A stretch of 63,819 bases of DNA, the filler included, from Chrysochromulina tobinii (Eukaryota): assembly GCA_001275005.1 (NCBI GenBank). It is 5 parts of 5 records of this genome, joined end to end, with 100 filler letters (N's around TTAATTAATTAA, not from the genome) between each part and the next. Parts side by side here need not be neighbours in the genome. Positions count along the whole stretch, not along the records: positions 1 to 15,317 come from JWZX01000024.1; positions 15,418 to 37,002 come from JWZX01000028.1; 3 more parts are not named here. One strand, given 5' to 3'. Under the pieces are notes generated by a model. The model saw only the letters and a list, made by a program, of their open reading frames with translations. It made no database searches and was not told where the DNA came from. The translations under genes were made by a program, and so were the position numbers. Below, in pieces: positions 11,504-22,102 of this stretch (position 1 is the stretch's first letter; each line of letters begins with the position of its first letter).

Positions 11504-12580
11504 ATGTGGTTGCGAGGAGCTCTTTTCGGCACGATCGGCGTACGCGTTGCAGCATGGGTGAGCCCCGACATGGTCGACATGGTCGAGTTGGGTGTCACGA
11601 CCGACAAGGTCACAGGTGCTGCAGACCCTTTAGGCCATGAGTATCACATAATGTACGGGCTCTTCCTCATCCCAGTGCTTAAGAACGCGGGGCATGCGAC
11701 GAAGATGCTCGAAATCGGCCTTGGTTGCGCCATGAATTATGGACCCGGTGCGAGCGCTTTGCTCTGGCGCAAGCTGCTCCCCAAAACAGAGCTCTGGGAG
11801 GCAGACATCGATGAGCTGTGCATCAAGAAGCATCAAATCTCGATGTTGCAGCAGGGAATCCACACGCTCGTTGGCAACCAAAAGGATCCTGCGGATCTCC
11901 AAAGGTGGATCGAGACGTCTAGAGGCGACTTTGATGCCATCATCGACGACGGATCGCATTTGAACGCTGATATCATGAACACATTTGATGCGCTGTGGCC
12001 TCATCTGAAGCCAGGCGGCACATACTTTATGGAGGACCTGCAGGTTGGCCGTGCCGTTCCTTATGAGAACACGAAAGGTGATCGAGTGCCATCTGACGTG
12101 CTGCAAGCATGGATGGAGCAGCTCGTACTGCCCGACCTCCTCACGCCCAAAGGGCTTCACATTTTTCAGCCGCGTGTCTCCCTTGGGCAACGAGCCAACC
12201 TCTCTGCTTGGCGTAGTTGGAACCGTACCTTGGCGAACCGCCAGGCTCGCCAAGCCAGGGAGCGTCATCCCGTTCCAGCGGACGTGGCGTTCGTCTTCTG
12301 CCAGGCCGAGAGCTGCGCGATTGGCAAGAAGCTTCGCATCCCTGAGTTCGCCTTGCCGGGAGCGACCATGCCGCCCTCAGAGCGCGCCGCGCGCCATGTG
12401 AATCGGAATCCGTACCTCGCTCCCCAAGCCGGGGAAATCTCCGGGGAAATCTCCGGCGTCCCGGGTAGCGTCCCCCTCCTGGGCGCGGCCGCTTTGCCGC
12501 CAACGCCACAGCCGCTGACGCCCTCCCATGCAAGCAAGCTAGCTAAGCAAGCTAAGCGGCAGCAGTCGTCGACGGCCTGA
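11504..12580 (+). CDS. class I SAM-dependent methyltransferase (MycE/OleY-like sugar O-methyltransferase type)
   Basis: TDKV..H.Y, KMLEIGLGC..YGPGAS, FDAIIDDGSH and LWPHLKPGGTYFMEDL motifs. Confidence 0.88.
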   Translation: MWLRGALFGTIGVRVAAWVSPDMVDMVELGVTTDKVTGAADPLGHEYHIMYGLFLIPVLKNAGHATKMLEIGLGCAMNYGPGASALLWRKLLPKTELWEADIDELCIKKHQISMLQQGIHTLVGNQKDPADLQRWIETSRGDFDAIIDDGSHLNADIMNTFDALWPHLKPGGTYFMEDLQVGRAVPYENTKGDRVPSDVLQAWMEQLVLPDLLTPKGLHIFQPRVSLGQRANLSAWRSWNRTLANRQARQARERHPVPADVAFVFCQAESCAIGKKLRIPEFALPGATMPPSERAARHVNRNPYLAPQAGEISGEISGVPGSVPLLGAAALPPTPQPLTPSHASKLAKQAKRQQSSTA

Positions 12581-13097
12581 CTTGGTCGGTGCCATCGTCA
12601 GAGTGTCCACTTGCTCTGGTGCCCTGCTTGTGGGTCGGTACCGGACGCACAGCGAGACAGCGTCCGGACGGAGACCCGGACATATAGACGCCGCCGTCCA
12701 TCGCCCTCCCGCAGACCCTGAGGCAGCCTGCCCAGGCCGCAAGCTTCATTGGCTTATGGCTAGCTTAGTATCGAGGGGGTTCTTTATAGCTTTCAAGCAG
12801 GACGAAGCTGTAATACTACTACAAACCCCCCTCAGGCTCCAGACTCTCACAACCTTCACTCGCGCACCTGAGACGACCCCACGTGCCCCAACGACAATCG
12901 ACACAGGCACAACGCTCACTGCCACTCAGGAGTCACATGTTCTCGTCAATCTCCTAGTGACCGACTGTAACCGGGCACGTGCTGGCCGATCGCGCCGTCT
13001 CCGTACGCCCAAGGCCAAAGGCTCGTCCGTGCGGATCGCCCCTCTCGCGCGCTCCACTGCACCATGCAATCCGGGTTGTTCTTGTTGGCGACGCCGC

Positions 13098-13886
13098 CTA
13101 CCACCATCCTGTTTTCGCCGGCGCCGCCTGCCGAGGCGCGGTGTGCCCGCCAATCGCCGGCGCGGTGGGCTCGACCATTCCGATGATCTTCCGTGTCTCC
13201 TCCGTACGCTGAGCTTCACTCGTCGCATTGCGCCCGCCTGGGAGCGCGCAGATGCCGCCCGAGAGCACCTCGCCTAGGCTGGCGGGCCGCGCCGAAGCGC
13301 TGTCGCCCATCGTGTCGTTCTGCTGGCCGCCAAACTCAAACTTGCCCGTAATGTAATGGTCCGAGTCAAGGGCGAATCTCTGGTAGATGCGCTTAAAGTA
13401 CCGCGCCATGCCGTAAATGAACATGAGGAGAGCGAGCGTCATGGCGAGGGCGACTGGCCACGAGAACTCGAGCCAGGCGAAGAGCAGTGCGGACACATGG
13501 AATGCGATCAGCCCCATCGTGAAGAACAGGAAGGTCAAGCGGTACTCGAGCATGAGCCCGTCGACCGCACGGTGCATTGATCCGTCGGGACCTCGAAGCG
13601 CCAGACCGGGCCCAAGCATGGAGCAGAGCGTCGCATTGAGCACGGCGATAAGCTCGAAGCCCATCGCAAAGGTTGTCACGCACAGGTAGGCCGTCTTGAG
13701 CCAATCGGAGGACTCTGATGGAATGTCGACCTGAATGATGCCGTTATAGGCAAAGCCGGACAGCAGCGCAGCTTGGGTTCCAATTGCAATACAATTCTGC
13801 GTGTAGAACTGCAGCTCCTTCTCACGGATCTTGAGCAAAGAGACTTGCAGGTTAGTTTCGAGTGCGCGCTTGTCCGCGTACAGCAT
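13098..13886 (-). CDS. Orai-like four-TM membrane protein
   Basis: Four hydrophobic helices. TM1 AALLSGFA matches Orai SALLSGFA. GPGLALRGPDGSM loop after TM2. Confidence 0.7.
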   Translation of the reverse strand: MLYADKRALETNLQVSLLKIREKELQFYTQNCIAIGTQAALLSGFAYNGIIQVDIPSESSDWLKTAYLCVTTFAMGFELIAVLNATLCSMLGPGLALRGPDGSMHRAVDGLMLEYRLTFLFFTMGLIAFHVSALLFAWLEFSWPVALAMTLALLMFIYGMARYFKRIYQRFALDSDHYITGKFEFGGQQNDTMGDSASARPASLGEVLSGGICALPGGRNATSEAQRTEETRKIIGMVEPTAPAIGGHTAPRQAAPAKTGWW

Positions 13887-14134
13887 CCCTCCAGCCGGTC
13901 TTGAGGGCGCTCAGTTGCTCGAGGGCGCTGTCCACAAAAAGGTTCGCTCGCCCCACCTGCGCCCCTTCTCCTCTTTGGCGTCCGACTTCGCGACACGTAT
14001 GGTTCGCGCTGTCATGAGCGCCGAAAGGAAGACCCCGTAATTTCAGAGAGGTGGTGTCTGCACTGTCGACGTTATGAAGTTTGGGATCTGTACCCCGGGG
14101 TTTAAAGGTCCTATAACGGTCGTCCAGTGTTTTT

Positions 14135-14860
14135 ATGCGGACCCTGTTTCCTCGGCGCATCGTCTGCAACCTTGGGTTCGCTCTTTTGACGGCAACTCCG
14201 AGTTGCACGCCAGCTGCTTGGGTTTCCACGGAGCCGGGTGCTCCCACCTGGGTTCCAAGTTGGCTCCTGCAGGTGGAACGGGCCACCGCGAGGCAATCCG
14301 CTGCTGAGCCACTGTCGTTCGCGAATGCTGTGTCGATGATTCGCAAGGAGTGTGATCCATCATTTCTAGCCGCTGTCAGAGCCAGCGGCCGTTTTCTCTA
14401 CCGCGGCGAGGACCTTCCGACAGACACACCGGCAGCGCTCCTCTCGCCTCCGCCCGACCTGCTCCAGCTGAGCACCTATGGCTCACGCGATGCACTGGCT
14501 TACTTTGAGCGGCTCGAGGGCGAGCTTCGGCAGCTTTCTCAGGTGGCCGCACGCCCCTCTATTGCTCACATTGCAGTTCCACGCGCCGAAGCGGCCGCCC
14601 AGTGGGGTGAGGCCGTCTCCGTCTGGCCGGTCGGCCGGCCTCTCCATTACGTGTGGCCGAGGTCGCGCGACGAGTTCTGGCCAATGAGTGTCGACGAGGC
14701 GCGCGGCGGCCTCTCGCGATGCCGCGTGGACGAGGGCCTCGCCGAGGCGCTGCAGCTTGGGCACGAGGTCCTCTTCGCCACCGAGAATGGCTCCTCCTTT
14801 GTGGCCATTCCGGACAGCGTGGACGACGAGGTGCGCAGAGAGCTTTGCTGCTCCGCTTGA
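14135..14860 (+). CDS. hypothetical protein with signal peptide-like N-terminus
   Basis: 241-aa ORF with coding-like codon bias; FLYRGE motif; family not identified. Confidence 0.65.
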   Translation: MRTLFPRRIVCNLGFALLTATPSCTPAAWVSTEPGAPTWVPSWLLQVERATARQSAAEPLSFANAVSMIRKECDPSFLAAVRASGRFLYRGEDLPTDTPAALLSPPPDLLQLSTYGSRDALAYFERLEGELRQLSQVAARPSIAHIAVPRAEAAAQWGEAVSVWPVGRPLHYVWPRSRDEFWPMSVDEARGGLSRCRVDEGLAEALQLGHEVLFATENGSSFVAIPDSVDDEVRRELCCSA

Positions 14861-15317
14861 AGACTCACGGTTGCAATTTATGAGACGGAACGCCCGCGAG
14901 GCGCACAAGAGTTTAGTAGGCAAGTAGAAAAGCAAGTGCTGAACGCGTCACCGAAGGAAAGCCTGGGCACGAGGCCCCTACCCTATAGCCTTCACGGAAT
15001 TACCCTCGCAAGCAGGGCTCGGACGGCAAGCGCGCAACCTCCAACCAACGCGACGGATCACGCGGTTCACGCACAGGACCGCAGGGCGCAGGCGGCGAGG
15101 CGCGCGACCCCCCACGCCCGGCCCCCGCAATACCTCACGTCCTCAAACCTGACACCTCACACCTGCCCCGTACACGCGAAAGAAGCAAAGCGCGCCAGAC
15201 GATGCCAAGGACCTCGCGACTCACGGGTATTCTAGCTCGGTCAGACGGCCTGGGGAGCGAAAATTGACCATCGCCAAAATGATCAATTCTGATGATGTCT
15301 CTATGGAATAAGGGTGC

Positions 15318-15417
15318 NNNNNNNNNNNNNNNNNNNNNNNNNNNNNNNNNNNNNNNNNNNNTTAATTAATTAANNNNNNNNNNNNNNNNNNNNNNNNNNN
15401 NNNNNNNNNNNNNNNNN
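15318..15417. other. artificial contig linker
   Basis: N-run + TTAATTAATTAA (stops in all six frames) + N-run, 100 nt. Confidence 0.98.
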
Positions 15418-16006
15418 TAGAACGTGCGGCGGAGGTCGTCGGGCAGCAGTTCGAGCATCTCCTTGGAGACTCGATCGAGGGACGCGGCCTTTCCCTTGCG
15501 CATCTGTGCATCTGTGGAACGCTCGGAACACAAGCAGAACTCGACGTGTCATGTGAAGAGCCAGTTGTAACCGCACACGTACATGTATGTACGCCGGTTC
15601 GGTGTCGTCTTGGGTGTCGAGTTACATGTATAAACATTGGCAGTGAAGAGAAAATTCCCACACGCCACAGACTCTTTCATGGAGCACACTCGATTTTGAT
15701 CACCTGTGTGGACTGTGGACGAGGGTGGCGGGGACCCACAACCCCGGCGCCGCGTCGCGCGCGCGTAGGGCGGAAACAAACGCTCGAAACAGCAAACACA
15801 GAAAAAGCGGCACTCGCCAACTTGCACGAACTCGACCGTCACGCGTCCAACCCTCTACCCCCACTAAACCGTGCCCTTACGCTGGTCCGTGGAGTGCCCG
15901 GGTTCGGTACGCTCTCCGCGCAGAGATCGATACGTTACGTCGGCCCTCCGAACCCGCATGCATGCATGTGCCCAGGATCTCTCGGCAGGTCGACCACGGG
16001 CGATGC

Positions 16007-17803
16007 TCAGTTGACCCAGAGTGCTCCAGCCCGCTGATAATTATTCGGCATGGGACGGGTATTCTCACGAATGAGCGAATAGTTGGAGACCCCAGTCACT
16101 CCTGAATAGGTATAGGTGTCATCTGCCAGCCCTTCTTGCGAAGCATAAGAGCTTTGCGACCATTCGATTTCGAAGTCGGCCGCCACCACGGAGCCGAAGC
16201 GCGTGCGGATCGCCTCCATGGTCGCATATGGGATGAAGTTGAATTGGCAGAGGTCTGGGTCGTTGTAATGCAGGATCTCAACCGGCGTGAAGACTGAGGC
16301 GAGGTCGTCTATGAGCAGTGGTGGGGCGCACAGGCTGTAATTGCCACTGCTGTGGATAAAGCAGCCAACGAAAAGCCCGTCCGAGTCCCATTCTGTGAGA
16401 TTGGCCATGTAGTAGGTCTGGTTCTTCTGGCAGACGTGAAACACCACTGCCGAGTTGTCGATGCATATGAGCTCGAGTGGCGAGCGCGCCATCAGGGCTT
16501 GGACTTTGGTCACAGGGCTACGACATTCTTCCAGATTTTTGCAGTTGGTCCACGAGCGGGGGCTTTGTGGGTTGGGGCACACGAGCGCCTCGTCCGCGTC
16601 GGACACGTCGTACATGTAGTAGGCAGCTGAGTGCGAGCCGCGGCCCGACGATCCGTGCGCGGTCTCGAGGCCGTCGCTCCACGAATTCCGAACGATCAGT
16701 CCCCCCTTATTTCCCCACTCGTCGGTGTACGTATCAGTGTACCCGACAACATCGATCGCGTGCCCGCCGATGAGGATCATCTTGCCACCCTTGCGATGGT
16801 GCCACTCGCCGCGCATGCTCACAAAGGGTCGCCAGGAGGAGATGCAGCACCCCACATTCGCAAAGGCCCGGTCCCGCGGGCACGGCACGCAAGTCCAATT
16901 CGAGTGGCATCGATAGTTTCGCTCCGTGGCCCATGTGCATGGAAAGTAGTACTCGTTTGTGATGAACGGCATGCCCAAGGTGATGACGCGCTGCTTGTCG
17001 ATGAGCTTCCGCTGCATGTCGGTGTAGTCGTACATCACGTCAACCGCCGTCACGTTGAAACGCAGCGGGTTGGTCGCAAGGGCTTCATCCTGACCATCAC
17101 AAATGGCCTCGCCCTTGGCAGTCTCGGTGTACGGACATACAGATTCGGGCAAAGCAAGCTTGGCAAGTTCCTTCATGTAGTAGAGTAAAAGAACGTCTGC
17201 CCCGTCTGTCGTGCCGCCCCAGTTGACCTCCCCGTCAGCGTTTGCTTTCGCCGGGCACATGGCACTAGGATGTTTGTGGCACACGTTCATCACGTCGATT
17301 CCAAAAGCTTGCCGCGATAGCCGGAGGTACGTATTAGGGTCCAGCCAACCACGAGCCACGCCGAACCTGCGATACGAGTCTTCGAGAATGCCCGTTAGAG
17401 CAAAGAGCCAACAGTCTCCTCGATTCATTTGGTCAACAGGTGGCGTCAGACCACCGAGCAACATTTTCGTCGGCTTCATGATGGTGCTGCCACGAATCTC
17501 CGGCTCCTCAAGATTGACGGACAGCGTCGTAGGCGGAGGCGTATGGAGGATCTTGCCCTGAATCTTCGGCTCTTCACTCACTGCCAAGGATGTGAGGGCT
17601 TGCAATACAGGGCTTGCAACTCTGCGCTCACCCTTGGCTGGCGCGCTCGTCTGCTGCCAAAGGATGAGCAGCTGGAGGGCGACGATCAGCCCGGCGACCG
17701 TGGCCCAACCGCCATGGCACGTGCGCTGACGACGCACGCGCGAGCCATCCTGTGCGGTGCCGAACTCGACGTAGCCAGAGACCAGATCCTCCTTGTCGGC
17801 CAT
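16007..17803 (-). CDS. papain-family (C1) cysteine protease with N-terminal membrane anchor
   Basis: Catalytic motifs DQMNRGDCWLF, GGHAIDVVGY and IVRNSW; TM segment near the N-terminus; ATG at 17803 (MADKEDL). Confidence 0.88.
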   Translation of the reverse strand: MADKEDLVSGYVEFGTAQDGSRVRRQRTCHGGWATVAGLIVALQLLILWQQTSAPAKGERRVASPVLQALTSLAVSEEPKIQGKILHTPPPTTLSVNLEEPEIRGSTIMKPTKMLLGGLTPPVDQMNRGDCWLFALTGILEDSYRRFGVARGWLDPNTYLRLSRQAFGIDVMNVCHKHPSAMCPAKANADGEVNWGGTTDGADVLLLYYMKELAKLALPESVCPYTETAKGEAICDGQDEALATNPLRFNVTAVDVMYDYTDMQRKLIDKQRVITLGMPFITNEYYFPCTWATERNYRCHSNWTCVPCPRDRAFANVGCCISSWRPFVSMRGEWHHRKGGKMILIGGHAIDVVGYTDTYTDEWGNKGGLIVRNSWSDGLETAHGSSGRGSHSAAYYMYDVSDADEALVCPNPQSPRSWTNCKNLEECRSPVTKVQALMARSPLELICIDNSAVVFHVCQKNQTYYMANLTEWDSDGLFVGCFIHSSGNYSLCAPPLLIDDLASVFTPVEILHYNDPDLCQFNFIPYATMEAIRTRFGSVVAADFEIEWSQSSYASQEGLADDTYTYSGVTGVSNYSLIRENTRPMPNNYQRAGALWVN

Positions 17804-17959
17804 TGCGTGATGAGACCGCCAACCTGAGACCGTCCACGTGGGAGAACGAGCACGACCGAGTTTCTCACTGTGAATTTCACTGAACGTAGCCCCTTGTGGA
17901 ATGTCTTTGGCATCAAGAGTTTCATGTGCACTTTTTCTTGTGAAACGACACGAGGACAC

Positions 17960-19060
17960 ATGTCGGCGGCGCGAGATTACCTCGCTGCGCACGGCGTCCA
18001 GGAGGCGTTGGCCGCGGCTGTATCCGAGGTGCTGCGCAGCCGCCCAGCCGATCCAATCTTGGGCATCTGCGACATTCTGACCGCCAAGGAGGCGGCGAAG
18101 GCAAGCATGAGTGCCGCCTCGGGCGCGAAATTCGACTCAGCCGGCGCCCTCCTCTCGGTGGGCGAGCTGCCGCCGCTGCGCAAGCTCGGCGAGGGCAAAG
18201 TGCGCGACTTGTACGAGGTCGACGCGGGGCACTTGCTCGTCGTCGTCACCGACAGGATCAGCGCGTTTGATGTCATCATGCTGAATGGCGTCAAGGGCAA
18301 AGGCAAGGTGCTCAACCAGCTCACAGCCTTCTGGCTGCGCCACCTTGCGGAAAACGGCCTCGGCATTGAGCACCACATGGTCACCGACGACGTCGCACAG
18401 ATGCCGGAGAGCTGCAAGAGGCACGCTAGCATCCTCGAGGGCCGGTCGATGCTTGTGCGAAAGCTGCGCATGCTGCCGGTCGAGTCCATCGTCCGCGGGT
18501 ACATCACTGGATCGGGCTGGGCCGATTATCAGAAGACGGGCTCCGTGTGTGGCCATGTTCTGCCTGCTGGCCTGCAGCTATGTGCCAAGCTGCCCGAAGA
18601 ACTCTTCACTCCGTCCACCAAGGCGGAGCTCGGACAGCATGATGAGAACATCACCGTCTCACAAGCGTCCGAGATGCTCGGCGAGAGCATCGCGGAGGAC
18701 GTGTCCAAGTATGCGCGCCGTGTGTACACCATCGCTGCGGCCCACGCAGCGCCACGCGGCGTCTTGGTCGCCGATACGAAGATGGAGTTCGGGGTGGCGC
18801 TCGATGCGAGCGGTGGCGCTCCGCTCATCCTCGGCGACGAAGTCCTCACACCCGACTGCTCGCGCTACTGGCCCAGCGAAGGCTACGAGGCCGGCAAGGA
18901 CCAACCATCGTACGACAAGCAGTACGTACGCGACTACCTCAGTAGCATCAAATTCGACAAGAAGACGCCCATCGCCCTACCGGCCGAGGTCGTTGGGGCA
19001 ACCATCGAGAAGTACATTGCCATCTACAAGCTGCTCACCGACAAAGAGCCAGTGCTATAG
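17960..19060 (+). CDS. purC: SAICAR synthetase with N-terminal Dpy-30/RIIa-like extension
   Basis: GKVRDLY, TDRISAFD, PVESIVRGYITGSGW, DTKMEFG, DEVLTPDCSRYW and SYDKQYVRDYL. Confidence 0.96.
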   Translation: MSAARDYLAAHGVQEALAAAVSEVLRSRPADPILGICDILTAKEAAKASMSAASGAKFDSAGALLSVGELPPLRKLGEGKVRDLYEVDAGHLLVVVTDRISAFDVIMLNGVKGKGKVLNQLTAFWLRHLAENGLGIEHHMVTDDVAQMPESCKRHASILEGRSMLVRKLRMLPVESIVRGYITGSGWADYQKTGSVCGHVLPAGLQLCAKLPEELFTPSTKAELGQHDENITVSQASEMLGESIAEDVSKYARRVYTIAAAHAAPRGVLVADTKMEFGVALDASGGAPLILGDEVLTPDCSRYWPSEGYEAGKDQPSYDKQYVRDYLSSIKFDKKTPIALPAEVVGATIEKYIAIYKLLTDKEPVL

Positions 19061-19260
19061 TACGTACACACCGTACACAGCCGTACGCGCGCCACAGAAT
19101 CTGTGCCGCAGTGGAACCTGCGGGATAAGGGGTGTGTGGATTGAAAACGCATGTACATACCACAACAAACGTGCCGCGTGCGAGCCCAAGACGGCGCTTT
19201 ATACTTCCTTTCGCGTGACACTTGAGTTCACGAAAAGTGTCCTGCCCTCGACGCAACAGC

Positions 19261-20964
19261 ATGCAGTCTTCGTCGCGATTCAGCGCCACAGCATCCATTG
19301 CGTCCATGCTAATGGACGCGAATGCAGCATACATGTACCTGGACCCTGCCTTGATAATGCCAATGGCTCGAAAGCCACCGCCAGGCTCGAACTCGTCAGC
19401 CATCTCTTACACCTTTGGTCCTGGGCCGTTGGGCCTAACGCTCGACAATGCACACGGTGGCACGCGCATTGTCGTGAGCGAGGTGGCGAACGCGTCGCAA
19501 GCGCAGCACTTGGGAGTGCCCGTGGGTGGCATACTCATGGAAGTCAACGGGAGGACGGCGACTGGCCGACGACTAGCTCATATTGGACAATGGCTGGCGG
19601 TCGAGGAGCGGCCGTTGACATTGCGAATCTTGCACCCTGGAGGTGCGGCTGCTGTCGCAGCTGTGGGCATCGATTCCAAAGACGAGTTGAACATCGAAGA
19701 ATTCGTCATCCCAGCGCCATCTGCAATGCTGACGTCACCGCTGAAACCCCCAAAGGGCGAGCAGCACCACTTGGATGCAGCCCGAGAAGTCTCTAGCACA
19801 AAGCCCCAGAACAAGGGCGAGCAACATGAAATGGAGCCATCCCGGCCAGCCTCTAGCACGGTGAACTCGAGAGCATCGGCGGATTCGGCTGCCGTCGGAG
19901 CGTCGACGGGCAGCTCGGCACTTGGCGACGGAAGCAAATCGACTCGGAAGCACAAGGCAAAGCACAAGAAAGGCAAATCAACCTCAAGGGACTTGGCAGC
20001 AGCCGAAAAGCGCCCCGAGCGCCCTCCGCTACCAAAGGCGTTTAGATATACGTTTGGCCCAGGGCCGCTCGGCTTGGGGTTGAGTGACAACCCAAATGGC
20101 GCAGGTGTCGCTGTCACAGAGGTCATCCCCGGATCTGCAGCAAGCGAGCAAGGTATCATGGCCGGCGGGCTGGTCCTGCAGTTGAACGGCATGGATGTTA
20201 CCAATCAAGGCAAGGTGGGGTTGAGCAAAATGATTGGCTATATTCCTCGGCCGCTCACAATCACGCTTTCCGCGCCCATCGAGAAAGACGAGGGGGAAAA
20301 GCAGACCGTTGCCGACCCAGCACCAGCAGCCACGCCTGCGGATGCATCTGTTACGTCAGACCCCACAGCGAAGAGTCAAAAAGCGGCAAAATCTGCTCCC
20401 AAGTCGGGCCCACCGAAACCGAACACGCAACCTGATGAGGAGCCCAGGTCAGTAAAGCTGTTGACCGATGACGCGGAATCTGGTCCTGGAATCGGACAAG
20501 CGGCCAAGGTGACTGAAGCGAAGGCCGGTTCGGCTGTGGCGTCTGGTGCGCCTGCCAAGAACGGCGGGTTCTTCAAGGACGGAGTGTCCTCTGACGGTGA
20601 GCTCGATACAGACGTCATTGCCGTCGACGATAGCGACGGCAATGACGAGGATACCTCAGACGGCGTGATTCCCCCGGCCGCTCTGCCCACTGGTGCGGAG
20701 CTGCCATCAATTGCCGTGAAGTCGCCCCCCCCGAAATTAGCCGAGGCCCTGCCGCAAGCCGAGAAGTCACGACACGCTGCGCTGCCCAAACGAGCCCACC
20801 CGCCACCTCAGGCGCCCATCGACGCGTGGCCTCCATGGGCGACGACGCCGCCGCCACGTTCACCAAGAACTGTCGTAGGTGGCGAAGGAAAGTATACGCT
20901 GAAGAGAACCGAAGAATCATTCAATCATAGCTCACTTTCCGGCACATTTGGCAAGGAGGGGTAG
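19261..20964 (+). CDS. tandem PDZ domain protein
   Basis: Two copies of YTFGPGPLGL..L....G..V.EV...S.A...G...GG.....NG...RPLT. Start uncertain. Confidence 0.8.
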   Translation: MQSSSRFSATASIASMLMDANAAYMYLDPALIMPMARKPPPGSNSSAISYTFGPGPLGLTLDNAHGGTRIVVSEVANASQAQHLGVPVGGILMEVNGRTATGRRLAHIGQWLAVEERPLTLRILHPGGAAAVAAVGIDSKDELNIEEFVIPAPSAMLTSPLKPPKGEQHHLDAAREVSSTKPQNKGEQHEMEPSRPASSTVNSRASADSAAVGASTGSSALGDGSKSTRKHKAKHKKGKSTSRDLAAAEKRPERPPLPKAFRYTFGPGPLGLGLSDNPNGAGVAVTEVIPGSAASEQGIMAGGLVLQLNGMDVTNQGKVGLSKMIGYIPRPLTITLSAPIEKDEGEKQTVADPAPAATPADASVTSDPTAKSQKAAKSAPKSGPPKPNTQPDEEPRSVKLLTDDAESGPGIGQAAKVTEAKAGSAVASGAPAKNGGFFKDGVSSDGELDTDVIAVDDSDGNDEDTSDGVIPPAALPTGAELPSIAVKSPPPKLAEALPQAEKSRHAALPKRAHPPPQAPIDAWPPWATTPPPRSPRTVVGGEGKYTLKRTEESFNHSSLSGTFGKEG

Positions 20965-22102
20965 TGTGCTACATGCATGCGCCAAAGCTGGACAAAGCGT
21001 ACCAGCTGAGACATAACAGTCACATAGCCGATAGCGTAGCGCGATCTAAGTTCTGACGCTCGACCACGGCCGCTCGCAAATTACCGTATTAAGCGATCGC
21101 GTATAAGTCGTATACGGAATACGCGTGCGCCAGTTTTAGCGCACCGTTCTAGGCAGCTGGTTCTAGCGTCCATATAAGTATAACCGCGTATGAACCCCGG
21201 ACCCCGCGTATGCGCGCGCGCGGCCCTCCTTCCGTAGCGCGTACAGCTCACGGGAGTCGGGACCCCACCGGGGCGATCGTCGCACCGTCGGAATTAAGCG
21301 GGGCGAACGCGGAACGGCCGCGGCCGGAACGAACGCGGAAGGGCAAGCGGGCCATGTGATTACGAACTATTAACATTCATTCGAGAAGCCTTTCGTAATG
21401 CCGTACGTGACCCCTGTCGTGGGGCGCGTGATGGGTGAAGATATACAAGATGATTTGCTGTGGCCTGTGCGACCGGCGAGCGGCGTCCCGCGCGGGGTCC
21501 GGTTCGGGGGTACCCGACGAGAGGTCCCTAAGTGGTCCCGGCGAGCGCGCGCTCGGGCCGCCGCGTGCCCCGACCTCGCGCGTCCCGTTCGGCCCGGTTA
21601 GACGTTGGCGCCGAACCGCGAACCGGCCGATCGCCGTTACGCTTGTCGCGCGGCGGTGTGCGCCCGGCCGGCCTACTTATGGTCGCCGGTCGCGCTCGCC
21701 CCTTCCGTCTCCGCTCAGTCGGGGGCCGGCTCTCCTTCGACTCTCTTCGCGCTTATGAAAGCGGGACGGTATACTCTAGAGGTCCGATACACTCCACGGC
21801 GGAATCTATGAGAATGAGACTCGTCCGCTTCTCTCACCGCGATTTCATCGCGACTTCTCCGCGACTTCACGCCGGCCTGCCGCGCTGCGTGTGCCTGCTG
21901 CGAGCACGCACGCGCTGCATTCGAGCCGTGTCGCCCCTCGAGACGGCTCCCCAAAAGCTCAAATTGCGGACGTGCGCACCGGCAGTGTTGGTTGCGAACG
22001 CCCGCCCAGCACGCTCAAGGAGCGCGGATCGGAGCACCCTGCGGCCGGCGGCCGGACGTTTGGCAAGGAGGCTCCTTCGCTGCCGCTCCACCCGCGCGTC
22101 CT

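Noticed and set aside
5334..12580. Glycosyltransferase plus methyltransferase biosynthetic cluster
   Set aside because: The two genes are separated by three unrelated genes and there is no core synthase.
15361..15373. TTAATTAATTAA as a biological motif
   Set aside because: Identical in all four N-flanked gaps, so it is an assembly linker. The unflanked copy at 51571-51582 is treated as chance or a residual linker.
18285..19796. Long alternative-frame and antisense ORFs (also 8499-9818, 7310-8464, 2278-3225 and many others)
   Set aside because: Arg/Ala/Pro-rich shadow ORFs expected in high-GC coding DNA; they overlap well-supported genes.
21030..21350. Segment reversed without complementation
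   Set aside because: Its complement looks like natural sequence only because of the dinucleotide skew; it gives just a short open frame, and similar skew recurs elsewhere in the window.
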